Counted from the whole stretch's first letter, positions 27,510 to 40,773 are shown. The stretch: DNA of 63,958 nucleotides, filler included, from Octopus bimaculoides (GCF_001194135.2; 5 parts of 4 records of this genome joined end to end with filler, not necessarily neighbours in it); one strand, 5' to 3'. Numbers and translations are program-made. The notes: a model not told the origin generated them from the sequence alone.

Positions 27510-29469
27510 TTACTTTTCAGAGCTTTCAGTCTTATTTACTCTGGTTGATTCTGTGAGAGCGGACAGCAACCTATTGTCAGAGGTTTCACAGGATCTCTCT
27601 TTGGTACCTGTCAATTAACTTATCGTGGATGACACTCAACACTCAAGTGCTAATCTTGAAATCCTAGCTGTCCCCAACAAAGCATTTTTTTGTGGATCTG
27701 CTCTTCCCTCATGTCAATTCCAATTTCTCTGACATTTTCCTCGAACATGGCTGCTAGTGCTCCGAGTGCCCTTACAACTACTGGGATAACAATTACTCTT
27801 CTCATAGCCCAGATTCTTGCATTTTCATCTTTTAGTAGTCTATATCTCTTCATCTTTTCCAGCTCTTAGTCATCTACGTGTGCATCTCCAGGAATGGCAA
27901 TATCCATGATCTCGGTTTCCTTTTTTTCTATATCCACCACAACAATGTCTGGTCTTCAAGCATCAATTAGGGATTCTCAGTGGATAGTAAAATCCCACAG
28001 GATCTTATATTCATTGTTCTCAGTAACGCCCTCTAGTTCCTGTTTGTACCATTTCCGTGCTGTTCCCAGACCGTACGTTTCACAGTCTCCAGTGAGTAAA
28101 CTTAGCCACGTTACTGTGCCTCCTTTTATAGTGCTTTTGGACCAGCTCGTTACACTTACTCACAATATGTGGGATAGTTTCGTTTTTGCTGCTACACATC
28201 CTTCAAAAGGATGATTCACTGCTCTTATCTATTTGGAACTTGGTGTAATTAGTTCTCAGAGATTGTCCTTGGGTACCACAGTGCATCCTTTCAGATCACT
28301 TTCATCACTTTCATCACTTTTATCTCCAAATGTTAATCTTGTCTTTCCCTTAAATTTCTCTGAGCCATTGCCCATGCATTGTTTTCATTTTTCAGTTGTT
28401 TATTCTTTGTTTTTTATCTTGTTGTTTAAATGTTTTTGGGCGCGTCATATTTTCGGTAGGTATCGTGTTATCATTTCTAACAACAGCGAGCAAGGATTCA
28501 CTCTGCTGTTTGATGTAATATCCCAGACTTCTCGTCAGCTACACAAATATTGCATCCAATGAGGCCTCTTCTTCCATTGTTCCTAGGCACATACAATTTC
28601 AATTTTGGGGTGTGGTTCCTTGTTAATTGTCATCACTTTCCTGGTTTTTCTATCCATTTCCTCACGCTTGTTCTTTGTCCATCTAACGACGCCTGTGCTG
28701 TATCGCATTAAGGAAACAGCCCATGTGTTCATTGCCCTGATCTTATTCTTTCTATTGAGTCTACTTCCCATAATTTATTTGGTTCGTCTGAGATATTCTC
28801 GCCTAAAGCTTTCCTTAATGTCATCTTCCTTGATCTTGTCATACTCTAAAATACCCAGTTACCTATATCCATCAGTCTCAACGGCCTTGATTTTCTCACC
28901 ATCAGACGATACTACCTAAACATACCCACCTTTTTAGTCCCAAATTCCATCCCAACATCCTTACCGAATATCTGCACTGTTGTGATCAGACCATTTATTT
29001 CACGTTAAGTCATTTATACATAATAGATTATTTAATTTTTCTCCACCACTTCTCAATGTGTACACCGATGTCACTTTTCGTAGTATCCGTGTGAGGGGTA
29101 TCATACAAATCACAAATAGCAATGGTAATAGGCGATGTCTCTGAAATATGCTTCTTTTGATGTCAATCCTCGCCAAAAATTGTCCATATGATGCTAACTC
29201 TGTATTCCAATTCTTCATTGATCTCCAGATAAAATTTAAGATGTTATCAAACACCTGTGCCAATACAATACTTTCTAAAATCCAGGAACAGGGAACCATG
29301 TCATACCCTTTCTTATAATTGATCCACGCCATATCCAGGATAGTAAGTCATTTCTTGCAGTCGCTCAGCACCATTCTGCCTATCAAAAGTTGATCTTTTG
29401 TCCCTCGGCTTTTCCCCCTGCATCCCTTCTGTTCCACTGGCAGTTTATCATTCATTTTCGGGAATTAGA
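27510..29469 (-). mobile_element. 5'-truncated R4/Dong-clade LINE (RT, CCHC, restriction-like endonuclease)
   Basis: AWINYKKGYDMVPCSWI..LPLLFVICMIPL; RMC..ETIPHIVSKC..YKRRHSNVA; KILWDF..RPDIVVVD..DIAIPGD..EKMKRY; (ATT)n on both sides. Confidence 0.9.
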
Positions 29470-29532
<63 letters not shown>

Positions 29533-29638
29533 GTTTTTTTTCTTCTTTCTTTAAATTTTCTTCCATTTCTTGCCGAGTGTTTTCCGTACACCTGGGGCAG
29601 AGAAACTCATTGTATGCATTCCCAGTTTACACACGCAA

Positions 29639-29675
<37 letters not shown>

Positions 29676-29692
29676 GCTGTTGTTGTTGTTAT

Positions 29693-29890
29693 TAAGCAGC
29701 TAGCTGCCAGAATTTTTACCACACCGAGTGAAAGGCTAAATGTCATTTTGTCCGTCTTTAGGTCTTGGGTTTTAATTCCGCCGTGGAAGATTTTGCCTTT
29801 CATCCTTTCGGGGTAGCTAAATAAGTACCAGTCAAGAACTTATTTTCCTCACTCCCCGTAGATTCCAAGCATTGTGCTTATAGTTGAAAT
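29693..29890 (+). mobile_element. SINE family C
   Basis: gctgccagaa head, tttgcctttcatcctttcgggg..taagtaccag core; starts right after (ATT)n. Confidence 0.75.
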
Positions 29891-31342
29891 CATCATCATC
29901 ATTATCATCTTTAAAAACAATCTTCATCAGTCGTTACACAGTCGATTATTCAAACGATTAAAACAGAGAAGCAGTATGACTATAAGTAAAACTTTTGGTT
30001 AATAACTTTGATCTCACAGTAAAAATCCAAGAAGCTTCAGTTCCTAATAAAATAAAAGTCTGTTTTATGTATTATAATACGTTTTATTTTCTTCTAAATA
30101 TAAACGGACACTAATTCACACTCGACACGTTCTACTATTTTCTTCGTGCCATTCTTAATGTTTAGTATGTGCCACATCTCAAGCTACAAGCGCTGCCAAT
30201 CTTTCCTTTGCAAGACATTAGAATTTTATCCTTTAGAATTTTATCATGCCACTCTAGAAAAACACGCGAAGGCCTTTAGCATTTCTCTTCCTTGAAACAG
30301 TAAGACAAATCGTATTATATATCCTTATACACGCACACGCACACACATATAACGAAGCACATACATATATACGTTATATATATATGTATATATGTGTGAG
30401 AGAGTTTGTATACATGACAACAACGATTCAAGAGATTACATAAGGAAGAGAGAGAAAACCAAGTTGGAGAAAAGAAAAGGATACATTATGCGAATAAGTG
30501 AATAAGCGAATGAGTGAATGATCTGTGCGGAACTGCGTTCAAAATTTGCTTCCAAGTACAGCAACTTAACTGAAACATCTAAGATGCGTATAAATGCTTA
30601 AAAAAGCAATTACTTCGTTAGATTGATTGCAATATAATTGGATATATAATGTCGAAAATGAAAACCAATGCCGACAATAGTTGTTCAGCAGGCATAGGGT
30701 TAATAAATAGAACACACAACGCCGGTTAGCGATTTTACGACATAGCTGTGTCATAATCTCACCAGTGTCCTACTCACACTGGCCAGAAACATTTAGACCT
30801 GTGCATATATAATAGCAAACTTAGAGACGTTTTACAATGCCACACACTGTTTTATAGTCGTCTGTTTCCGTCAGAGCTATCAAACTAACATGTAGTCTGT
30901 TTATTGCTGGAAAGATATTCGTCAAGAAATATTGGTCACACACGGCTTCAGAAAGAAAAGGAAGAAAGAAAGAAAGAGGTAAACAGAGATGAACAGTGAA
31001 AATTGAACGAGATATTAACAGAGTATTGTTTAATGCATTTCAGTGTAAATTAGATGTAAGAGAAAATACGTGAGATGCCTTAGTAAAAGAGAAGAATATG
31101 TGAAAATGATAACCACAAATATATTCTCATATTTAGAAGCTCTTGTGTCAAATCTCTTATGAATATAAAATAGATGCACACATGCACATATGCTTGTTAC
31201 ATAAAGGCACAACCACAAACATGCATGAACTAATAGCAATACCGACAAACATAAGTACACACTCAAACAAACACACATATACACACAAGCATCTACACAC
31301 ACACAAACAGATATACATATATATATAGATACATATATACAT

Positions 31343-31561
31343 ACTCTTTTACTCTTTTACTTGTTTCAGTCATTTGACTGCGGCCATGCTGGAGCACCGC
31401 ATTTAGTCGAGAAAATCGACCCTAGGACTTATTCTTTGTAAGCCTAGTACTTATTCTATCGGTCTCTTTTTGCCGAACCGCTAAGTTACGGGGACTTAAA
31501 CACACCAGCATCAGTTGTCAAGCGATGGTGGGGGGACCAAACACAGACACACAAACACACA
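31343..31561 (-). mobile_element. SINE family B, 3' half ending in a gap
   Basis: Family match; (GTAAAAGA)n tail. Confidence 0.85.
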
Positions 31562-31718
31562 NNNNNNNNNNNNNNNNNNNNNNNNNNNNNNNNNNNNNNN
31601 NNNNNTTAATTAATTAANNNNNNNNNNNNNNNNNNNNNNNNNNNNNNNNNNNNNNNNNNNNATGTACATAGCCGCCACATATATACGGTACATAGATATC
31701 AAAAGCTGACGTCTTTTC

Positions 31719-32389
31719 CAGTGGTTCTCAACCACTTTTTTTTTTTACCTACGGACCCGACCCATCGGATTCCTATTTTGCTCTAATGGATCCTCCGTAG
31801 CCATTCGATGTTTTAAAAATTCTATTATATTCTTATGATTAAACATTATTAGGAACTCTTTTATTCTTTTACTTGTTTCAGTCTGCGGCCATGCTGGAGC
31901 ACCGCCTTTTAGTCGAACGAATCGACCTCGGGACTTATTCTTTTGTAAGCCTAGTACTCCTTCTATCGGTCTCTTTTGCCGGACCGCTAAGTTACGGGGA
32001 CGTAAGCACACCGGCATCGCTTGTCAAGCGATGGTGGAGGGACAAACACAGACGCACAGACAGACAGACAGACAGATACACACACATATATACGACGGAC
32101 TTCTTTCAGTTTCCGTCTACCAAATCCACCCACAAGGCTTTGTTCGGTCCAAGGCTATAGTAGAAGACACTTACCTAAGGTGCCACGTACTGGGACTGAA
32201 CCCGGAACTAAGTGGTTGGGAAGCAATCTTCTTACCACTCAGCCACGCTGCACCTATTGTATATAAAAAAAAAACTGTTAAGATAATTTGTGTATTGTAG
32301 AAGCGTAACCATTTTTTTTGCACATAAATTTGAACAAAATATCTTATAGGGAACTGCAAGAGTCATATGGACCCAGTTAAGAACCAAGG
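31719..32389. mobile_element. hAT (Charlie/Buster-like) non-autonomous element interrupted by SINE B
   Basis: Left TIR cagtggttctcaacc, diverged right TIR agttaagaaccaagg; 8-bp TSD gtcttttc/gtctattc. Confidence 0.65.
31860..32252 (-). mobile_element. SINE family B, near full length
   Basis: Family match; internal (CAGA)n. Confidence 0.88.
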
Positions 32390-32419
32390 GTCTATTCTAT
32401 ATCTTGCTCAAAAAGGGGT

Positions 32420-32780
32420 CAAATGCGTTGGCGTGCATAAACTTCACGGTTATCTGGATTGGGAAACATGATTTAAAATACCCTCGTTCCAGTTCCTGTC
32501 CACCTGGAAATCTGGATCGAACCAGATCCTGTGTAGTTTAATTGGTCTGTCTGACCAGCGACCTACAATGCTGTTCAACGGCATTGACTTGTTCTGCTAA
32601 GTGCCGGGTTGTAAGCCCACTATTTGTCATCGCCTCATGCTCCTTTAGAAAGGAACCAGCTTCTTCCACTTCCGCGATGTTCGATGCCATTACGGTGACG
32701 TCATCAGCATACGCCGACACATTTTTCCCGCTCCCAAGCTCGAAAGGCATTCTCTCCAAGAATTGTAACCTCCACTAAAA
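32420..32780 (-). mobile_element. L1/Tx1-type RT fragment
   Basis: ORF 32538-32759 GKNVSAYADDVTVMAS, followed by W..IVGRWSDRPIK..IWF-like segment. Confidence 0.65.
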
Positions 32781-32789
32781 ATGACTCGG

Positions 32790-33200
32790 TCGTTTCTGCT
32801 AGAGCCATTAGGCCAGTGATTTTTGGGAAGGGTGTGATCCGAATCCAAAGGCCCCAGTACTTGACTGGTATTTTATTTTATCGACACCGAAAGAATGAAC
32901 GTAAAGAGTCAGAAAAAATGCTGCTAAGCATTTCGTCCGGCGTGCTAACGGTTCTGCCAGCTAACCGCCTTAATAACAACAATAATAATAGTTTCAAATT
33001 TTTGCACGAGGTCAGTAATTTCGGGGGAGGGGGTAAGTTCATGACATCAACCCCAGTACTCAACTGGTACTTATTTTATCGACTCCGAAAGAATGAAAGG
33101 CAAAGTTGACCTCAGCGGAATTTGAACTCAGAATGTAGCGACAGGTGAAATATTGCTAAGTATTTTGTCCAGCATGCTAACGATTCTGCCAGCTCGCCTA
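32790..33200 (-). mobile_element. Two tandem SINE family C copies separated by (AAT)n
   Basis: Reverse complements of gagctggcagaa..tttgcctttcat..taagtaccag at ~32790-32972 and ~33005-33200. Confidence 0.8.
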
Positions 33201-33262
33201 ATAATAATAATGATAATAATAATGATAATAATGATAATAATAATAATAATAATAATAATAAT

Positions 33263-33720
33263 TACAGCAAATATTCTGCTTAATACCACAGATTTGCTTG
33301 CCAGTTGTTTGACGTTAACCAGTTGAGCATGTCCCTTGGTGGCTGACGAGATGTGCATCTCTGATCATGAGCAGAAGTAGTGGGGGAGCATCATAGCCAT
33401 GTGTTGAGAGAAATTCTTTAGGGTTTGGATAATTCAGCTTTGGAAACATGGGTGTTTTGCTCAACATCCTTAAACAAACCTTATTCAGGGACCTTTTGAG
33501 TGGGATGGGCTATTCGACCTGAAGAAAATTCTAACAACGTCCCGCCTGCGAGGTCATGCGCTGTTTATCTGGATATGAGATCACCATGTCGCGCACATAT
33601 GGTTGTGGTGCATGTGCCTGGTGTACCCTTATCAGATGGGCAGTCATGATGGGTGTACTGGGCTTCGTATATTTTACCTCAGTGTCATTTTGATGGCATG
33701 CACTGCTCTCTCACTCAATA
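33263..33720 (+). mobile_element. Non-coding retroposon family D with (AAT)n tail
   Basis: Flanked by (AAT)n; second copy truncated on the left at 37886-38135 shares the ctctc(a/g)ctcaat end. Confidence 0.75.
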
Positions 33721-33729
33721 ATAATAATA

Positions 33730-33948
33730 ATCCTTTCTACTAAAGGCACAAAACCTCAAACTTTGGGAATCGGAGCTAGTCAATTACATCGACCCCAGTA
33801 CGTAACTGGTATTTAATTTATCGACACCGAAAGGATGATAGGCAAAGTCGACCTCGGCGGAATTTGAACTCAGTACGTAAAGACAGACGAAATACCGCTA
33901 AGCATTTCGCCCGGCATGTTAACGATTCTGCCAGCTCAACACCTTAAA
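33730..33948 (-). mobile_element. SINE family C
   Basis: Family match; adjoins (AAT)n on both sides. Confidence 0.85.
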
Positions 33949-33992
33949 TAATAATATTAATAATAACAACAACAACTACAATAACAACAATG

Positions 33993-34051
<59 letters not shown>

Positions 34052-34649
34052 CACCGTCACCATCACCCTCGTCTCCATCATCATCATAGTTGCGTTGGTT
34101 TGTAGTAAATTCAAAGAAATGTTAAGAGGGATGCGTAATAACAATCGCTTTAATTCTGAAAATCTGTAACATCCGCCATGTTTGTCTTTTCGGTTTCCGT
34201 CCACCGCTGCCAACCGACCTCAATTATCGTAGCCAAAGTACGCCCAGAAACAAGAAGTGGGTGGTATACAAAGTGAGATTATCTCAAAGTTACTCATGTA
34301 ACTGATGAGAAAAATTACATCGGTTCATGACAACACGAGATAAATCTAATTTTATGCTGAAAGCAGTCGTATTACATAGATATCTTTATACTCGAAGTAT
34401 ATCATATTGTTATTATCTTAGTTATGAGCATGCTTTCCGCTTTGGAGGGAAAATCGTGACGTCCTACAACTCGTTAGGTTCTGCCCTTCAAAACCGTATA
34501 TATTTCAACTGTTGATAAGTTTGATTAGATCTTTTCCTAATTAGTTAATTGGTTTTGTGTTTGTGATGTTGCTGTTGTTGTATATGTGTATTTTGGAGTT
34601 TCATATTTACGTTATCGTTTACCATAAATTCGTGGGTCTGAATGACATG

Positions 34650-34850
34650 GGGAGAAGGCACGTGGCATAGTGGTTCGAGCGCTGCGTTCACCATCACAGG
34701 ATCGAGGTATCGATTCCCGGAAAGGGTTGTCCGTTATGTTCCTGAGCAAAATATTTCACGTTGTTCCATTCGACTCAGCCGTAAATGAGTTCCAGCAATA
34801 ATTAGAAAGTTAACCCTGCGGCGCACTGGTGTCCCATTCAGAGGGGATGT
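34650..34850 (+). mobile_element. Old tRNA-headed SINE
   Basis: tggcatagtgg..gtatcgattcc head; aaccctgcggcgcactggtgtcccattcag resembles a V-SINE-like central domain. Confidence 0.45.
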
Positions 34851-35030
34851 TGGGATCTCGGTCATTTATACACCATGACAATTAGGTAACCGGCCCAAAG
34901 AATCGCAAGAATCGAGACAGTAATGTCTTTGGGACACGAAAGACACGAGTAGTTTTAGCTAATTATTACTGAATACATGCGTAAACGCACACCTTCTTGC
35001 ACATATAGGCATATATATATATATATATAT

Positions 35031-35192
35031 AATTTTGGGACTGCCATGTTGGCTTGGCGATAACTATTAATTTCCAGTACCGCTGCCGTAGTCTCCTTTA
35101 GAGAGACTTAGAAATATTAATAACTCTATTTCTGAAAACCAGTGGATAGATTCCACTGAAATTAGATAAATAACCTTCGAGCAGATAGTCAG
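35031..35192 (-). repeat. Dispersed copy of the 362-bp unit seen at 56802-57703
   Basis: ggactgccatgtt..ccagtac..ccgtagtctccttt..gaaaaccagtgga..ttccactgaa aligns to 57309-57450; runs into a gap. Confidence 0.85.
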
Positions 35193-36145
35193 NNNNNNNN
35201 NNNNNNNNNNNNNNNNNNNNNNNNNNNNNNNNNNNNNNNNNNNNNNNNNNNNNNNNNNNNNNNNNNNNNNNNNNNNNNNNNNNNNNNNNNNNNNNNNNNN
35301 NNNNNNNNNNNNNNNNNNNNNNNNNNNNNNNNNNNNNNNNNNNNNNNNNNNNNNNNNNNNNNNNNNNNNNNNNNNNNNNNNNNNNNNNNNNNNNNNNNNN
35401 NNNNNNNNNNNNNNNNNNNNNNNNNNNNNNNNNNNNNNNNNNNNNNNNNNNNNNNNNNNNNNNNNNNNNNNNNNNNNNNNNNNNNNNNNNNNNNNNNNNN
35501 NNNNNNNNNNNNNNNNNNNNNNNNNNNNNNNNNNNNNNNNNNNNNNNNNNNNNNNNNNNNNNNNNNNNNNNNNNNNNNNNNNNNNNNNNNNNNNNNNNNN
35601 NNNNNNNNNNNNNNNNNNNNNNNNNNNNNNNNNNNNNNNNNNNNNNNNNNNNNNNNNNNNNNNNNNNNNNNNNNNNNNNNNNNNNNNNNNNNNNNNNNNN
35701 NNNNNNNNNNNNNNNNNNNNNNNNNNNNNNNNNNNNNNNNNNNNNNNNNNNNNNNNNNNNNNNNNNNNNNNNNNNNNNNNNNNNNNNNNNNNNNNNNNNN
35801 NNNNNNNNNNNNNNNNNNNNNNNNNNNNNNNNTATATATATATACCTATACAAGGACGTATGTATATATGTATATGTATATGTATACATGTATATGCATT
35901 TACATACGTTTAAATATTCTCTTTTATTTTTGATTCAAATAATTCTAACAAAGATACAAAGCCCCATCGTTTGAAGTAGATTACAAAAGCAACGTTACAT
36001 GCTGAACCGTAGAAAGGTCTTGTGTATTTTTATTGTTCCGCTTACAGATGGTATTTGTTATGTGCTAGTTAGCTGGTTGATTTCTTTGCCTGAAAATCCT
36101 AACTTTTCCAGATTGTCATTTAGGCATTTACTAACAAAACCATGT

Positions 36146-36290
36146 TCACCAGTTATTATAGGTGCAAAACGTGAATTTATAATTTGGATATATGAAGCAG
36201 TTGACCTCATAGTTATCCTCTTTCTCAGAGATATTCACATCAACAAGGTAATGGCCTCTATGACGGCACATATTTTCTCTTGCTTGCCTC
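36146..36290 (-). CDS. Candidate terminal coding exon of an unassigned gene
   Basis: ttatag|G acceptor; 47 open codons RQARENMCRHRGHYLVDVNISEKEDNYEVNCFIYPNYKFTFCTYNNW*; AATAAA at 36028-36033. Confidence 0.55.
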
Positions 36291-36659
36291 CTATAATCGT
36301 AAATTTAGACTTGTTTCATGGAGCAAGTTCAACGTCACTTATTCTCGAGGGTGACAAATTCATAGGAAGATGGTCAAATCACTTAGAATTCTTAGAAACT
36401 CAAAGAAAGAACTCTGTTTATCAATAAGTTTTATCTGTGTCCTAGCTGTGTCCTTGTGGCGAAACAACATATATTTTGTCAGACTCACGGTTTGTTTATT
36501 TATTGATAAATTAAAACGGTGTTTCGGATGTATCTTAAGAAAATACTCTCATGTAAAACTATTATGGTATTTTTGCCTCAAAGTTGCTCTAATTACAGGT
36601 AAGTACAGGTAATATCCGATGTATAAAACTATTTAAATTTTGTACAAATATCGGTTTCA

Positions 36660-36850
36660 AATTTTGGCACTAGGCCAGCGGTTTCGATGGGGTGGGTGGG
36701 TAAATTGATTACACCGACCCCGGTGCTCAACTGTAAGGATGAAACACAAAGTCGACCCCGGCAGCGTTTGTTCTCAGAACGCAAAGGTGGACAAAACGCC
36801 ACTAGGTATTTTTCCGGCGAGGTAACGATTCTGTCAGCTGGCCGGCTTAA
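36660..36850 (-). mobile_element. SINE family C
   Basis: Family match, diverged. Confidence 0.7.
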
Positions 36851-36861
36851 ATTTTTTTTAT

Positions 36862-37537
36862 AAATATTGCCATATGGTTCCGGGTTCAGTCCCACTGGAG
36901 TGACACCTTGGGCAAGTGTCTTCTACTATAGCCTCGGGCTGACCAAAGCCTTGTGAGTGGATTTGGTAGACGGAAGTCTGTCATACCGGCCATGACGAAG
37001 GGAAATAGCCCTGAAACTCGAGTCGCCTTTATATATTTATATTTATATATTTAATCCTTTATATTGAACACTCAATATTTCATCTACATTCAATACTTTC
37101 TTTCATGGTGCCATCCATTTTTATTTTATTTTATTTTATTTTATATTATATATTGTATATTATATTATATATTGTATATTCCATATTCTATACCCCACAT
37201 TGGTTCTGCAGGAATATAAATAAAACATAAAAAACAGACAGTGTTGGAACTCTTTNNNNNNNNNNNNNNNNNNNNNNNNNNNNNNNNNNNNNNNNNNNNN
37301 NNNNNNNNNNNNNNNNNNNNNNNNNNNNNNNNNNNNNNNNNNNNNNNNNNNNNNNNNNNNNNNNNNNNNNNNNNNNNNNNNNNNNNNNNNNNNNNNNNNN
37401 NNNNNNNNNNNNNNNNNNNNNNNNNNNNNGTACTAGGCTTCCAAAGAATAAGTCCCGGGGTTGATTTGCTCGACTAAAAGCGGTGCTCCAGCATGGCCGC
37501 AGTCAAATGACTAAAACAAGTAAAAGAGTAAAAGAGT
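36862..37537 (+). mobile_element. SINE family B split by an insertion and a gap
   Basis: 5' part 36862-36975, 3' part 37430-37537 with (GTAAAAGA)n tail. Confidence 0.75.
36988..37027 (+). ncRNA. Minimal type-I hammerhead ribozyme motif with one core lesion
   Basis: GGC-C(a)TGACGA-AGGG-aaatag-CCCT-GAAA-C-tcga-G-TC-GCC: stems I, II and III all pair; extra A at 36992. Confidence 0.55.
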
Positions 37538-37777
37538 ATATAAAATGAATTATTATATTATGTAAATAATCAAATGAAGTGGTTTATTAGCTACAAAATA
37601 TATATATGGGGAAAGTAAGAAGAAAAAAGTGAAAATACACATTGAATATAAAAAAAATAAAGGCTTTTTTTTACGAAAAGTAGCGATAAATAAATAAATA
37701 CAATTAGATGAACTGAGATAGAATTGAGAGGAATTAAACTCATTATTTTGAATTGTTAAAGATATTCAAAGCCATAC

Positions 37778-37834
37778 CGGTGTCGTCATTGCTGTTCACT
37801 GGCTTTGAATGCGTTTGTCAGGGCAAAAGAGTCA
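37778..37834 (-). CDS. 57-nt phase 2-2 exon with in-frame TGA (DSFALTNAFKASEQQ*RH)
   Basis: Acceptor ttgttttttttttttccag, donor CG|gtatgg; TGA at 37786-37788; frame continues into exon 36290-36146. Confidence 0.5.
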
Positions 37835-37885
37835 CTGGAAAAAAAAAAACAAGACAAAACAAAAAAACTAATAATTAGTTCACCT

Positions 37886-38135
37886 TGGTATTCATCCTCC
37901 CTAAACAACCCTTATTCAGGGACATTTTGAGCAGGATGGACTACACAGCCTGAAAAAAATTCTAACTGACCCTCATCTGCAAGGTCATGCGTTGTTTATC
38001 CTGATATGAGGTCACCATGTTGCGCGCATACGGCGTAACCCTTATCAGGCGGGCAGTCATGATCGGTCCACTGGGCGTCGGGTAAGTATACGACGCCCAG
38101 TGGACCTTTGATGGCGTATGTTGCTCTCTCGCTCA
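37886..38135 (+). mobile_element. Retroposon family D, 5'-truncated copy
   Basis: Aligns to 33465-33720; followed by (GAT)n. Confidence 0.75.
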
Positions 38136-38219
38136 ATGATATTAAGGATGATGATGATGATGATGATGATGGTTTCAAATCTTGACACAAGGCCAGCAAT
38201 TACACCGACCCTGTCCTCA

Positions 38220-38277
<58 letters not shown>

Positions 38278-38519
38278 TATTGCGTGTTGTCTAGTTTTTT
38301 GTTTCTTTTTTTTCTTATTTCATTTCCCCATAACTTTTATTGATGAAGTGTTCGTTCAACAGTTTTTATTGCTTCCGTGTTGGTAGACATAACTCGAGGC
38401 AAATGATGGGATTCGTTAATATTGTCCACCATATTGGACACCAGGCTCAATGTGCAGCTAACCCATCCTCCCAAAGAAAAAGGGAAGGCAAGTGTCGACA
38501 ATATCAGATATGTGCAAAG

Positions 38520-40380
<1,861 letters not shown>

Positions 40381-40457
40381 ACACACACATTGAGAAGGGG
40401 ATTGAGATAGCGCGAGAGAGTAAAGGGAGGCAACTGGAAAGGGGATGATTTCATCAC

Positions 40458-40665
40458 CGCTGCGGTTCTTTTCCAGATAGTGTCCTGTCTTTCCAAATGC
40501 GAACGATTGATGTATTGAAAATAGAGTGTTTTGTCGGCGGTGCCGTGATAGGTGGTGACAGGATGGGTCTCGGAAGAGTGCTGTTTGAGAGTGGAAGTGT
40601 CCATGGGTGGTTAGTTATGGTGGTGAGGGTGGTGCTGGTAGCTGCGATTGATATTTCAGATTGTG
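40458..40665 (-). CDS. Candidate Thr/Pro-rich internal exon (phase 1 to 2)
   Basis: Acceptor tttacttcttactag; 68 open codons QSEISIAATSTTLTT..IVRIWKDRTLSGKEPQ; donor CG|gtgatg is weak. Confidence 0.35.
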
Positions 40666-40742
40666 CTAGTAAGAAGTAAATTAAATAGTATTGATAAGTT
40701 AGAGCTGCTCTACGGAAACGGTTTGAAGAAGAAGAATAAGAA

Positions 40743-40773
<31 letters not shown>

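Noticed and set aside
31562-31661. TTAATTAATTAA island inside Ns, also at 45573, 58831 and 61539
   Set aside because: Always 44 N + 12 bp + 44 N = 100 bp with stops in all frames: a scaffolding spacer, not biology
36085-36145. AUGA..AA stem in the candidate 3' UTR as a SECIS
   Set aside because: Helix is too short and the 3' GA of the non-Watson-Crick quartet is missing
36200-36290. Resemblance of AR-x3-C-x3-G-x2-LV to a C-type lectin start
   Set aside because: The rest of the domain (WIGL, later Cys pairs) is absent before the stop
35999-36427. 142-aa plus-strand ORF
   Set aside because: No recognisable motif; it overlaps antisense to the better-supported minus-strand exon and is likely a shadow ORF
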